NCBI GenBank assembly: GCA_964646415.1
Contig: CAZYEL010000003.1
Span: 11,639 to 75,638, forward strand
DNA length: 64,000 bases
Reading direction: 5' to 3'
Origin: an uncultured Candidatus Saccharibacteria bacterium
Lineage (GTDB): Bacteria; Patescibacteriota; Minisyncoccia; UBA6257; 2-01-FULL-56-20
The notes under the pieces are model-generated. The model was given only the letters and a program-made list of their open reading frames with translations. It made no database searches and had not been told where the DNA came from. Positions 43,920-53,510 of the stretch are shown piece after piece (the first letter of the stretch is position 1; every line of letters begins with the position of its first letter). The translations under genes and the position numbers were made by a program.

Positions 43920-45374
43920 TCAAAGCTCCTTCCGGGGTCTCATCAGCGGATAAATCACCGTCTCGCGAATCGGTTTGTCCATAAGGAATGCGAAGAGCCG
44001 CTCGGAAAGCCCGAAGCCCGCAATCGGCGGAAATCCATACTCCATCGCGCGCAAGAATTCCTCGTCGAGCTGCTGGGCTTCTTTGTCACCCGCCTCCCGA
44101 AGCTTCATTTGTTCCTCGAACCGCGCGCGCTGGTCCTCCGGGTCGTTCAGCTCCGACCAGCCGTTCCCCAGCTCCGTGCCGCAGGCAACAACTTGCGTCC
44201 GCTCCACGATACGGGGGTCATCCGCAACCCGCTTTGCGAGCGGCGAAACATCCACCGGCGTATGTATGAGAAACGCGGGCTGGATGAGGTGGGGACGCAC
44301 GGTTTTCTTATAAATAAGGTCTATTAAGCGACCCTTCCCCGCAAAGCGCTCCGGGGCAAGCTTCAGCTTTTCCGCGCGCGCGCGCAGGTCAGCCTCGCTC
44401 GCATCAAGAGGATCAATCTTATTCGCCTCCTTGAACGCCGCGACGTACTCGACGGTTTCCCACTTTTTCCCCCATTCGATATTCATCCCTTGATACTCCA
44501 TTACAAGAGACCCGGTCGTCTTTTGGATAACTTTTTTATACATGTCCTCCACCAGCTTCATCAAATCGCGGTAATCGGCGTACGCCCAGTAGAACTCGAG
44601 CTGGGTATAGTCCTGGAGGTGTTCACGGTCGATTCCTTCATTGCGGAAAATGCGCCCGATTTCGAACACTTTTTCGTATCCGCTCGCCATGAGCTTCTTC
44701 AGCGGAAGCTCGAGCGCGATGCGAAGATAAAAATCCATGTCGAGCGCATTGTGATGCGTCACAAACGGTTCCGCATCGCCCCCACCGGGAATCGCTTCAA
44801 GCGTTGAACCCTCCATCTCCAAGAATCCCTTTTTGTTCATGTAGTCCCTGACGGAACCCCAAAAAACCGCTTTCTTCCGGAACATTTCCTCGACATCCTT
44901 ATTTAAAAAAATGTCGAGGTATCGCTCGCGGAGGCGGGTTTCCGTGTCCTCGACGCCGTACCGCTCCGAAGGAATCGGGCGGAGCGACTTTGAAGCGAGC
45001 GTCAGCGTCTTCACGTCAATGCTTTGCTCGCCGCGCTTTGTGGTGAAGAGCATGCCGGTGACGGAGACAAAGTCTCCGCGGTCGAGATTCGCTTTCCAGA
45101 GCGGAAAATCTTTAAGACTTCCCTCTTTGAGCACCGCCTGAAAGGAACCACTTCCGTCGCGGATGTCTATGAAAATGATGCTCCCCTGGTCGCGGATACT
45201 CATCACCCGGCCCGCGAGCGAAACCTTTTTCTTCGCCTTCTCGAGCGCCGCAAATTTCTCCCGCGCCTCCCCGAGGGCGTGCGTGCGCGGCACACTCGCC
45301 GGATAGGGGTCAACGCCCGCAGCTTTAAGCGCCTCCAACTTTTTCCGCCGCTCGGCGATAAGGTCATCCAACAT
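43920..45374 (-). CDS. lysS: lysine--tRNA ligase (class II)
   Basis: 484 aa. OB anticodon-binding domain plus class II motifs (..FLEMEGSTLEAIPGGG.., ..GFGLSERL..). Confidence 0.9.
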   Translation of the reverse strand: MLDDLIAERRKKLEALKAAGVDPYPASVPRTHALGEAREKFAALEKAKKKVSLAGRVMSIRDQGSIIFIDIRDGSGSFQAVLKEGSLKDFPLWKANLDRGDFVSVTGMLFTTKRGEQSIDVKTLTLASKSLRPIPSERYGVEDTETRLRERYLDIFLNKDVEEMFRKKAVFWGSVRDYMNKKGFLEMEGSTLEAIPGGGDAEPFVTHHNALDMDFYLRIALELPLKKLMASGYEKVFEIGRIFRNEGIDREHLQDYTQLEFYWAYADYRDLMKLVEDMYKKVIQKTTGSLVMEYQGMNIEWGKKWETVEYVAAFKEANKIDPLDASEADLRARAEKLKLAPERFAGKGRLIDLIYKKTVRPHLIQPAFLIHTPVDVSPLAKRVADDPRIVERTQVVACGTELGNGWSELNDPEDQRARFEEQMKLREAGDKEAQQLDEEFLRAMEYGFPPIAGFGLSERLFAFLMDKPIRETVIYPLMRPRKEL

Positions 45375-45441
45375 TATTATCCATAATATCAGCTTTTCGC
45401 ATGTTTACAAAAAGCCCAGCGCACGCGGGGCCCCTTAAAGC

Positions 45442-45468
45442 TTAACGCTTTCCGCCGAAGGCGGATTC
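45442..45468. repeat. GC-rich palindromic element copy 3 (ccgccgaaggcggattcgcctccggcg)
   Basis: Intergenic between greA and lysS. Shares the flanks tttccgcc...aaaagc with copy 1. Confidence 0.55.
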
Positions 45469-45488
45469 GCCTCCGGCGAAAAAGCTAT

Positions 45489-45950
45489 TCACTCTATCTT
45501 CGTAATCTTGTAAGCCGTCTTCCCCGAGGGCGTCGTTACATCCACCGCATCGCCTATCTTGTGATTCAAAAATGCCCTCCCCAGCGGAGACTCGTCGGAA
45601 ATTTTCCCTTCATCGGGTTTTGCGTCGTAGGGACCCACGATGGTGTACCGCATCGCCTTTCCGTTTTTCTCAACCGTCACCGTAGCGCCCACCCGCACCG
45701 CGCCGCCCGGACCCTCTTTTTCAATCATGGTCGCGCGCTTCAAAAGCGCCTCGAGCTCAAAGATGCGGCCTTCAATAAGGTTTTGTTCCTCGCGCGCCTC
45801 CGCGTATTCGGCGTTTTCCGAAAGGTCTCCGTACTCCTTCGCGCGCTTCAGGTGCTCCGCAACGCGGGCACGCCCCTCGCCTTTCAGTTTATCCAACTCC
45901 TCTTTTAACTCATTGAACCGCTCCGGCGTAAGATATTGCGTTTCTGGCAT
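45489..45950 (-). CDS. greA: transcription elongation factor GreA
   Basis: 153 aa. N-terminal coiled coil plus C-terminal FKBP-like domain (..GKISDESPLGRAFLNHKIGD..). Confidence 0.85.
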   Translation of the reverse strand: MPETQYLTPERFNELKEELDKLKGEGRARVAEHLKRAKEYGDLSENAEYAEAREEQNLIEGRIFELEALLKRATMIEKEGPGGAVRVGATVTVEKNGKAMRYTIVGPYDAKPDEGKISDESPLGRAFLNHKIGDAVDVTTPSGKTAYKITKIE

Positions 45951-45992
45951 GGTGATAATTGACCAACGGCTAGTGGCAAAAACAGCAAAGCG

Positions 45993-46760
45993 TTAATTGG
46001 AAGTTCGTTCTTTGCTCCCTGCACGGATGCCGTATACATCCATCCAGAGCATGAAGCGGATTGTAATATTTTCGGCGAGGAAATGCAAACCTGCGGAGAA
46101 CGGGACGCGGGAAAATGCATTATTCTTCCATACCACCGGAACTTCCTTAATCCTGAACCCCAGCGCTTTCGCGAGTCCCAATGCCTCAACGTCAAACGCC
46201 CATCCGTTCACGCAAGTCTTCGAAAAAATCTCGCGCGCCGCACGCTCGGTGAACGCCTTGAACCCGCACTGCGTATCCCAAATGCCCGGCAGGAGCACTA
46301 CTTGCGTGAAAAGGTTCAACGCTTTCCCCGCAACTCTGCGGAAAAGGGGCTGCGGCGGGTCGAGTTTCGCGCCGCGGGCCGCGCGGGAGCCGATGACCAC
46401 ATCGCACCGCGCCTTCTCCTCTCCCGTAAAGTAGGGAAGCATGGCCTGAAATTGGTCGACTGAAGTTGAATTATCCGCGTCGGTAAAAAGACGGACAACT
46501 CCATGCGCCGCGAGAAATCCCTGGCGCACCACGCCCCCTTTTCCTTTGTTCGCCGCATTGTCGATAAGCGAAAGATGCGGAATGGTTTCCGCCATCCCAA
46601 GCACCACCTTCGATGTGCCGTCGGTCGAACCATCATTCACCACGATGATTTCGTATGTGAAACCCGCACTGCGCAGATAACGGTCAATCGCAACAAGCGT
46701 CGCGGGGATACGGGTCTCTTCGTTGTATGCAGGAATGATGACGGAGAGGAAGGGGGGCAT
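45993..46760 (-). CDS. family 2 glycosyltransferase (dolichyl-phosphate mannose synthase-like)
   Basis: SVIIPAYNEE...VNDGSTDGT...DADNS motifs. Confidence 0.8.
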   Translation of the reverse strand: MPPFLSVIIPAYNEETRIPATLVAIDRYLRSAGFTYEIIVVNDGSTDGTSKVVLGMAETIPHLSLIDNAANKGKGGVVRQGFLAAHGVVRLFTDADNSTSVDQFQAMLPYFTGEEKARCDVVIGSRAARGAKLDPPQPLFRRVAGKALNLFTQVVLLPGIWDTQCGFKAFTERAAREIFSKTCVNGWAFDVEALGLAKALGFRIKEVPVVWKNNAFSRVPFSAGLHFLAENITIRFMLWMDVYGIRAGSKERTSN

Positions 46761-46873
46761 GAAAATTTCTAATTATTCTAATTGACCTAATTTCTAAAAA
46801 AATCCCAATGACCAGCAGTTACAATTTTAGACATTGAGGCGTGGAACTTATTTAGGTTAATTAGAAATTGTGC

Positions 46874-47629
46874 TCACCTAGTGAGCACATGTCCTCCTTC
46901 TCTCGTAATCACTATAGTGTGCTCGAAATGCGCGGTGAGCGAACCATCTTTCGTGGCGAAACTCCCGTCCGGATGCTCCTTCACTTGCCCCGATCCCGCT
47001 GCAACCATCGGCTCTATCGCAAGCACCATACCGGGAAATAGCTCCTGACCCTGCCCGGGCACCCCGAAATTCGGCACCGCAGGCTCCTCATGAAGCTCCC
47101 GCCCAATGCCATGCCCGGTGAGCTGTTCGGCAACGGAGAAACCGGAGTGTTTCACCCGCGTGGCTATCGCCGCACCGATATCGCCTACCGTGCTTCTTGG
47201 CCGCGCCGCCGCGATTCCTGCCGCAAGAGCTTCCTTGGTTACCACACTCAAACGCCGCGCATCAGTCGAGACATTTCCGACAAGCACCGTCCGTGCCGTA
47301 TCAACATACCACCCGTCAAGTTTCAGACCGATATCAAGCTTCACCACATCTCCATCCCGTATTGCATACTCCGAAGGAATCCCGTGCACCACCGTATCGT
47401 TCACCGACACGCACAGTGCCGCGGGATATCTTTCACCGCTCCCGGGTACGCGATACCCCAAAAATGCAGGGACCGCTCCCGCCTGCTTAATCAGGTTCCT
47501 CGCTTGCATATCAAGCTCACGAGTTTCCACTCCTACCCGCACCATATCGCAGAGTGCATCAAGTACGTGCGCAATACGCTTCCCCGCATCGGCGAGCACC
47601 TTAATCTCCGCGGAAGTTTTTATAAGCAT
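46874..47629 (-). CDS. map: type I methionine aminopeptidase
   Basis: 251 aa with metal-ligand pattern (..VVHGIP.., ..DIG.., ..GHGIG..HE.., ..EPM..). Confidence 0.9.
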   Translation of the reverse strand: MLIKTSAEIKVLADAGKRIAHVLDALCDMVRVGVETRELDMQARNLIKQAGAVPAFLGYRVPGSGERYPAALCVSVNDTVVHGIPSEYAIRDGDVVKLDIGLKLDGWYVDTARTVLVGNVSTDARRLSVVTKEALAAGIAAARPRSTVGDIGAAIATRVKHSGFSVAEQLTGHGIGRELHEEPAVPNFGVPGQGQELFPGMVLAIEPMVAAGSGQVKEHPDGSFATKDGSLTAHFEHTIVITREGGHVLTR

Positions 47630-48228
47630 GAATTCCGGGCAAGTTCCTTCTCTATGTGCGAAACCAAACGCACATACACCTTTTCGCGCGTCCCTATTCC
47701 GGAAACTTTCTTGAACCGATAGTGGCTTTTCAAAAACACCACGACTGCGGGAATATTTTTTGCATAATATTTCATCCGGTTCTTGAGGTGTTCCATCTCG
47801 TCATCCGATCGCTTCTCAATGCGTGCCCGGATACCCACCCGCTTCAACATTTCTTTCCTCGGAATGGAAAGATAGATCGCAAGAGGGTCGGTACGCCCCG
47901 CCTCACGAAACCATCTATATACGAGCTTCGCTTCACCAAGCATCTTCGGATTGCCGTTAAAAAACACTCCTCTCTTTTTCGGAGTATTGAAAATCACTTC
48001 CTTGAATTTTGCGCGGGCGAGGTGCGTGGGCGTGAGCATGCCTTTTCCCGAAGTTTCCCCGAATTTGAAAGCGCTTCGCGCGCGGGCGCTTTTGAGCGAC
48101 CGAAGCCAGCCGCCGAAATCGAATTCTTGCAACAAGGGATATTCTTTTAACAGGCGCCGCGCCTGCGTCGCCTTACCCGCAGACGGGTCACCGAGAAGAA
48201 TCAGATTGAAAATTTTACTTTGTTTCAT
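47620..48228 (-). CDS. divergent adenylate-kinase-like NMP kinase
   Basis: P-loop LLGDPSAGKATQA plus NMP-kinase fold. A second adk-like gene directly downstream of adk. Confidence 0.5.
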   Translation of the reverse strand: MKQSKIFNLILLGDPSAGKATQARRLLKEYPLLQEFDFGGWLRSLKSARARSAFKFGETSGKGMLTPTHLARAKFKEVIFNTPKKRGVFFNGNPKMLGEAKLVYRWFREAGRTDPLAIYLSIPRKEMLKRVGIRARIEKRSDDEMEHLKNRMKYYAKNIPAVVVFLKSHYRFKKVSGIGTREKVYVRLVSHIEKELARNSCL

Positions 48229-48806
48229 GCTGCGATTCCAAACGCGCGCCACACGTTCTTCTCGACGTCGCCGACGGAAGGTTTCCCGTCAATGGTGAAA
48301 AAATCGGTCCGCTCGCGAAGCATGCCCAACATCGGTACCGTGTTTGTTTCATAATCCGCAAGCCGCCGCTCGATTGCCGCGCGCGTGTCGTCGCTCCTCC
48401 CCTCCTTCTCCGCACGAAGCAGGAGCCGCTTTAAAGATTCTTCCTTCGGTATGTCCAAAAACACCGTCGCGAAACGCGCCTTGCCACGGGATTTCAAAAG
48501 ACCAAGCAAAAATTCCGCCTGACCCACTCGCCGGGGAATGCCATCGAATACGATACCCTTCTCGCGCGGGAGGGATTCGAGTTCCCGCGCCACCACGCTG
48601 AGAAGTTCTTCGTCCGTAAAAAGCCTTCCCGTTTTCAAAATGTCCCGTGCGCGCTCACCGCTTGAAGTAACCACTTCGGCGTTTTTCCGGAGAATCGCTC
48701 CCGTGTCCCAAAAGAAAAAAGCGAGCTTGTCCGCAAGCACCTTTGCCTGCGTACCTTTGCCCGAACCTTGGGGGCCTAATACGAAAATTGCGTCAAAACT
48801 CTTCAT
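48225..48806 (-). CDS. adk: adenylate kinase (short, lid-less form)
   Basis: VLGPQGSGKGTQAKVLA P-loop. 193 aa. Confidence 0.8.
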   Translation of the reverse strand: MKSFDAIFVLGPQGSGKGTQAKVLADKLAFFFWDTGAILRKNAEVVTSSGERARDILKTGRLFTDEELLSVVARELESLPREKGIVFDGIPRRVGQAEFLLGLLKSRGKARFATVFLDIPKEESLKRLLLRAEKEGRSDDTRAAIERRLADYETNTVPMLGMLRERTDFFTIDGKPSVGDVEKNVWRAFGIAA

Positions 48807-48851
48807 GGAGTATTCGCGAATAATGCTAATTTGGATTCAATAATGCGAATC
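48807..48851. repeat. 45-nt conserved leader element with 12-bp palindrome TATTCGCGAATA (copy upstream of adk)
   Basis: ggagtattcgcgaataatgctaatttggattcaataatgcgaatc differs by 1 nt from 63532-63576. Confidence 0.6.
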
Positions 48852-48895
48852 CTATTTGCGTTATTTGCCTCAATTCGCGTTATTAGCGATTACTC

Positions 48896-50167
48896 CTATT
48901 GTATGCCTTCGTACTCCCGCACGGTAAGCTGGGAATCAATCTGCCGCATGGTCTCAAGAGCAACCGCCACCACGATGAGAAGCGCCGTACCGCTCACGGT
49001 CAAAACCGCCACGCCCGTAAGCGACTGCACAATGATAGGCAGCACCGCAATGAGCCCGAGGAAAATGGCCCCGAAGAACGTGACGCGGTTCACTGTCTTT
49101 GAGAAATACTGCTCCGTCATCTCGCCGGGACGGATTCCGGGAATAAAGCCGCCGCCACGCTGGAGATTTTTCGCAACCTCCGAAGGGTTGAACGTAATAG
49201 AGGTGTAAAAATAGGTGAATGCGAACACGAGGAAGAAGTAAATGATGCCGTAGAACAACTGATTATTCAATACGCGGACCACAAACTCGTTCACCTGCAC
49301 GCCCACGGCAGGAATAAACGCCGTGAGAATCTGCGCAATGAACTGGGGGAAAAGCAATACGGAAATCGCGAAAATCAAGGGAATCATGCCCGCTTGGTTC
49401 ACTTTAAGCGGCAGATAGCTCGAAACGCCGCCATACATCTTCATTCCGCGCACGCGGCGCGCGTAGGCGACGGGAACTTTGCGTTCACCCTCGTTCAGAT
49501 ACACCACACCGAGGATTACGAGGAGAAGCACCGCCACGAATCCGATATACGTGGGAAGGCGGGCGGGGGTATAGGAGAGGAACGCGAGGCGTATGTCACC
49601 CGGAAGCTGGCTCACAATCCCCGCCAGGATGATGAGCGAAACGCCGTTCCCTACCTTGTGCTCCGTAATGAGTTCCCCGAGCCACAACGCAATCATAGAC
49701 CCGGCGGTAATCGCCGCCACGTTGGTGAGCATGTTCCACACACTCGGCTGGTCAATCACTCCTTGCGAAACAAGAAGCGTAAGGAATCCGTACGCATTAA
49801 ACACCGCGAGCGGCACGGTAAGAAGCCGGGAGTATTGGTTAAACTTCGCCCGCCCGCGCGCGCCGTCCTCGTAATACATCTCCTTAAACTTCGGGAAGAT
49901 GAGCGTCAAGAGCTGCATGATGATGGTTGCCGTAATGTAGGGTCCCACTCCCAGCATCATCACGGAAAGATTCTCCAGCCCGCCCCCCGAGAAAAAGTTC
50001 AAGAAGCCAAGAAGCTGGTTGGAATTGAAATAGTTTTCAAGCCGCAAGGCGTCGACGCCCGGAATGGGAATCGCCGCAAGGAAACGGTATGCGACAAGAA
50101 ACCCCAACACCATAAGCACTTTCCTGCGGATATCGGGCACACGAAAAATTTGGAGGAATCGGTTCAT
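48896..50167 (-). CDS. secY: preprotein translocase subunit SecY
   Basis: 423 aa with 10 TM helices and conserved SecY motifs. Confidence 0.9.
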   Translation of the reverse strand: MNRFLQIFRVPDIRRKVLMVLGFLVAYRFLAAIPIPGVDALRLENYFNSNQLLGFLNFFSGGGLENLSVMMLGVGPYITATIIMQLLTLIFPKFKEMYYEDGARGRAKFNQYSRLLTVPLAVFNAYGFLTLLVSQGVIDQPSVWNMLTNVAAITAGSMIALWLGELITEHKVGNGVSLIILAGIVSQLPGDIRLAFLSYTPARLPTYIGFVAVLLLVILGVVYLNEGERKVPVAYARRVRGMKMYGGVSSYLPLKVNQAGMIPLIFAISVLLFPQFIAQILTAFIPAVGVQVNEFVVRVLNNQLFYGIIYFFLVFAFTYFYTSITFNPSEVAKNLQRGGGFIPGIRPGEMTEQYFSKTVNRVTFFGAIFLGLIAVLPIIVQSLTGVAVLTVSGTALLIVVAVALETMRQIDSQLTVREYEGIQ

Positions 50168-50201
50168 AGAGCAGTCGCGAATAATGCGAGCGTTATTTGC
50201 G

Positions 50202-50678
50202 TTATTTGCCTTGATTCGCGTTATTCGCGACTACTCCCCCAGCCTTCTCAATTTTCATTCTAGCAGATGCGGAAGTCGGAATGCCCCGCACTTCAATCGC
50301 GATATCAATCTCGCCGCCGCCCAGAATCTTCACCGCTCCGCGGAACTCCGTCGGTACGATTCCTGTTTGCACAAGCACCTCGGGGGTAACCGTCACTAAT
50401 GTTCCCTTGTTTCCCTGAAGAGGCCGGAGGGCGGACGCGAGCGCTTCGAGACTCAACGGTAGAGCGCGATCGCTTTTCGGTTTATTGCGGAAACCCCGGC
50501 GCTTCGGAATCCGGATAATCAAATCCCGCACCGCAGGCCGCATACGCCGACCCGCGCGGGACTTTTGCCCTTTCACACCGCGACCCGAATAACTCCCGCG
50601 TTTCCCGCCGCGTCCGATGCGTATCGCGCGCTTCCGCGCCGGAATTCTTTTTACATCATGAAGTTGCATGGATGTCAT
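50202..50678 (-). CDS. rplO: 50S ribosomal protein L15
   Basis: ...RIGRGGKRGSYSGRGVKGQKSRAGRRMRP. No L30 gene lies between rpsE and rplO. Confidence 0.85.
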   Translation of the reverse strand: MTSMQLHDVKRIPARKRAIRIGRGGKRGSYSGRGVKGQKSRAGRRMRPAVRDLIIRIPKRRGFRNKPKSDRALPLSLEALASALRPLQGNKGTLVTVTPEVLVQTGIVPTEFRGAVKILGGGEIDIAIEVRGIPTSASARMKIEKAGGVVANNANQGK

Positions 50679-51193
50679 TGATTTCCTGTACCCGCTGTTT
50701 TTACCCGTGCCGGACGCAATTTTCGAAGCGCGGCGATTGTCGCCAAGCCGTTGGTAAGCTTATTGGGCGTCCTTCCCAAACACTTCGCCGTTGCATCTTT
50801 CACCCCTGCAAGCGCAAGCACCGCGCGCACCGCGCCACCCGCACGGATACCGTGCCCGGAAGGAGCCGGCTTCAAGAGAACGCGCGCCGCGCTGTACTTC
50901 GCATATACCTGGTGGGGAATCGTCCGGTTGTCGAGAAGCGAAACCGAAAACAGCGCTTTTTTTGCAGCCGCCTTCGCTTTCGCAACCGACTGCGCCACAT
51001 CAATACCCTTCGCGATGCCGATGCCCACCTGTCCCTTCTCGTCGCCGAGCACGAGAGTCACCCGGAAACGGAAACGCTTCCCTCCCGCAACCACGCGCGT
51101 CACGCGGCGAAGGTCGAGCATCTTCTCCTTAAATCCCTCTTTTCTTGCCGTAGAAATCTCACGCATATAATTATAATTTGAGTCCCGCCGCAC
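50675..51193 (-). CDS. rpsE: 30S ribosomal protein S5
   Basis: ...DLRRVTRVVAGGKRFRFRVTLVLGDEKGQVGIGIAKG. Confidence 0.85.
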   Translation of the reverse strand: MRRDSNYNYMREISTARKEGFKEKMLDLRRVTRVVAGGKRFRFRVTLVLGDEKGQVGIGIAKGIDVAQSVAKAKAAAKKALFSVSLLDNRTIPHQVYAKYSAARVLLKPAPSGHGIRAGGAVRAVLALAGVKDATAKCLGRTPNKLTNGLATIAALRKLRPARVKTAGTGNQ

Positions 51194-51545
51194 GCGCTCC
51201 TTCAGCCACCGCCTTCACGCGTCCATGATAGCGATAGGCCCCCCGGTCGAATGCCGCCTTCGCGACGCCCGCCTTGACCGCCCGCTCGGCAACAAGTGCC
51301 CCCACCCGCTCGGCAATGGAAGTTTTCCCTTTCTTATCTTTAACTTCGCGGCTTGACGCATACGCGAGCGTAATACCGCGGGCGTCATCAATAAGCTGGA
51401 CGTACATCCCGCGATTGCTGCGGAATACCGAAAGGCGAGGGCATGCCGCATTTCCCACAAGACGCGCGCGAGCACGGTTCGCCCGCCGCTTTCTTACTAC
51501 GTTCATATGTGCCCTTGAGTTTGCCATTTTTTTATGCCGCCGCAC
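51171..51545 (-). CDS. rplR: 50S ribosomal protein L18
   Basis: ...PRLSVFRSNRGMYVQLIDDARGITLAYASS. Confidence 0.85.
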   Translation of the reverse strand: MRRHKKMANSRAHMNVVRKRRANRARARLVGNAACPRLSVFRSNRGMYVQLIDDARGITLAYASSREVKDKKGKTSIAERVGALVAERAVKAGVAKAAFDRGAYRYHGRVKAVAEGARAAGLKL

Positions 51546-52080
51546 CCGCAGTCGCCGCCGCTTTTTTGCCCGCTTTTCTGCGAATAACCTCTCCTTTATA
51601 GCGAATTCCTTTCCCCTTGTAAGGTTCCGGCGGCTTCAACGCGCGGATACGCGCCGTCACTTCTCCCACCAGGGTTTTATCCGAACCGGATACCTTTACG
51701 CTTCCCTTTTCCACGGCAACTGCAATGCCGTCCGGAAGAGGCACGCGAACCGGGTTCACAAACCCAAGGTTCAACACGAGCGTCTTCCCTTCGAGTGCGG
51801 CTTTGAAACCCACGCCTTCAATTTCCAAGACTTTGGTAAATCCCTGTGAAACACCCTCAACCGCATTTCTCGTGTGCGCCCATACCGTGCCGCACGATGC
51901 GGAAAATTCCTCATCGGGACATTCAAAAGAAACTTTCTTCTCCTCGCACATCACGCGCACTCCGTGAAGTACGGGAACCACAAGCGTGCCTTTCGGCCCC
52001 TGCACGGTAATCTGCCCTCCCTCCTCGCGGGCGCTCACGCCGTCGGGAATATGAATCGGTTTTTTGGTAAGACGAGACAT
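51532..52080 (-). CDS. rplF: 50S ribosomal protein L6
   Basis: MSRLTKKPIHIPDGV... and ...TLVLNLGFVNPVRVPLPDG. Confidence 0.8.
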   Translation of the reverse strand: MSRLTKKPIHIPDGVSAREEGGQITVQGPKGTLVVPVLHGVRVMCEEKKVSFECPDEEFSASCGTVWAHTRNAVEGVSQGFTKVLEIEGVGFKAALEGKTLVLNLGFVNPVRVPLPDGIAVAVEKGSVKVSGSDKTLVGEVTARIRALKPPEPYKGKGIRYKGEVIRRKAGKKAAATAGAAA

Positions 52081-52084
52081 GTTT

Positions 52085-52465
52085 TTACCAAACTTCAAAG
52101 AGATACTCGCCTCCCACATTTTGCTTGCGAGCCTCGACATTGCTCATTACCCCCTTTGAAGTCGAAAGAATAGCCACGCCAAACCCTTGCCGCACCGGCT
52201 TCAACTCCGCATACGGCCGGTACACCCGCCGCCCGGGTTTACTCATAATCTTTACTCCTTCAATACGGGGCTTTCCGCTTTCGTACTTTAGCCGCACCTC
52301 AAGCATGCTCCGTCTGCCAACCGTTTTCCGCTGCACGTCTTTTACGAAACGCTTTTCGGCAAGCGCGCGGAGCACCGCGTGGTCCACGCGGGAATAGGGA
52401 ACAAGCACGGATTCTTTCCCCGCCATCTGGGCATTTTTCACTTTTATAATCGTGTCGTAATACAT
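52085..52465 (-). CDS. rpsH: 30S ribosomal protein S8
   Basis: MYYDTIIKVKNAQMAGKESV... Confidence 0.85.
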   Translation of the reverse strand: MYYDTIIKVKNAQMAGKESVLVPYSRVDHAVLRALAEKRFVKDVQRKTVGRRSMLEVRLKYESGKPRIEGVKIMSKPGRRVYRPYAELKPVRQGFGVAILSTSKGVMSNVEARKQNVGGEYLFEVW

Positions 52466-52469
52466 GGTT

Positions 52470-52655
52470 CTACCAGGATGCTTTTTTCACCCCGGGGATT
52501 TCCCCGCGAGTCGCCATCTCGCGGAAACAGATACGGCACAGTTGGAAATCGCGCATATATCCGCGCTTCCTTCCGCAACGAAAACATCGCAGTACGAAAC
52601 GAGTACCGTACTTTGGCGCCTTGCGGCTGCGTGCTATAACGGATGCCTTTGCCAT
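52470..52655 (-). CDS. rpsN: 30S ribosomal protein S14, short zinc-binding type Z
   Basis: 61 aa with [23 protein letters not shown]. Confidence 0.85.
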   Translation of the reverse strand: MAKASVIARSRKAPKYGTRFVLRCFRCGRKRGYMRDFQLCRICFREMATRGEIPGVKKASW

Positions 52656-52662
52656 AAAATCT

Positions 52663-53184
52663 TTATTTCCTTCCTTCCTTTATAAACGGCATTCCCAACT
52701 CGCGGTACATCGCCTCGGCGTGCTCGCGAACCCTTCTCCTTGGGACAATATTCATGCCAAGGGAAAAAGAAAGCGGAGACGCCTCCGGATTGATGTCGGG
52801 AAACACAACATGCTCCCGAACACCGATGTTCAAGACCCCTCTTTCGTCAATTGCATGCGGGTTAATGCCGTGAAAATCGCGAACGCGAGGCAGTACAATA
52901 CTAATGAATTTCTTGAAAAAATCAACCATCCGCGCGCGACGCAGCGTTACCCGAAGGCCCACAATTTGCCCTTCGCGCACTTTAAATCCGGCAACGGATT
53001 TGCGCGCGCGCCGTATCTCAGGTTTCTGCCCGGTGATAAGCGCCATATCTTTCATAAGCTGCGGCAGTATCTTCTCCTCGAATTGCGGCTGGGCGCTCAA
53101 ACGGCCAACGCCGGCATCCACAACTATTTTTTCGATGGCCGTTCCCACCTCAACATTTCCTTTTGTTTGATAATGCTGTTTCAT
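52663..53184 (-). CDS. rplE: 50S ribosomal protein L5
   Basis: ...[13 protein letters not shown]...; the start is taken at MKQHYQ. Confidence 0.8.
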   Translation of the reverse strand: MKQHYQTKGNVEVGTAIEKIVVDAGVGRLSAQPQFEEKILPQLMKDMALITGQKPEIRRARKSVAGFKVREGQIVGLRVTLRRARMVDFFKKFISIVLPRVRDFHGINPHAIDERGVLNIGVREHVVFPDINPEASPLSFSLGMNIVPRRRVREHAEAMYRELGMPFIKEGRK

Positions 53185-53195
53185 GTTCGCATGGG

Positions 53196-53504
53196 TTATA
53201 CTATTGCCTTGCACTTCTTGCATATTCTGTTCTTCTTGCCTTTGCCGTCCGCATGGTGCCCCACGCGAGTCGTGTTTTTGCAGGAAGCGCACACCAGCAT
53301 AACGTTCGAAGCATGAATAGGGCGCGGCAACGCCACCATCTCTCCCTTCTGCCCCACAGCCTTGGGTCGAGCCCTCTTTTTATAGAGATTCAAACCTTCC
53401 ACTACAAGGCGATTTTCTTGCAGGAGTACGCGAAGCACCGTCCCCGTCTTGCTGCGGTCCTTGCCCGTCATTATTTTTACCTGGTCGCCTTTCTTGATAT
53501 CCAT
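53196..53504 (-). CDS. rplX: 50S ribosomal protein L24
   Basis: MDIKKGDQVKIMTGKDRSKTGTVLRV (KOW motif). Confidence 0.85.
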   Translation of the reverse strand: MDIKKGDQVKIMTGKDRSKTGTVLRVLLQENRLVVEGLNLYKKRARPKAVGQKGEMVALPRPIHASNVMLVCASCKNTTRVGHHADGKGKKNRICKKCKAIV

Positions 53505-53510
53505 GGTATT

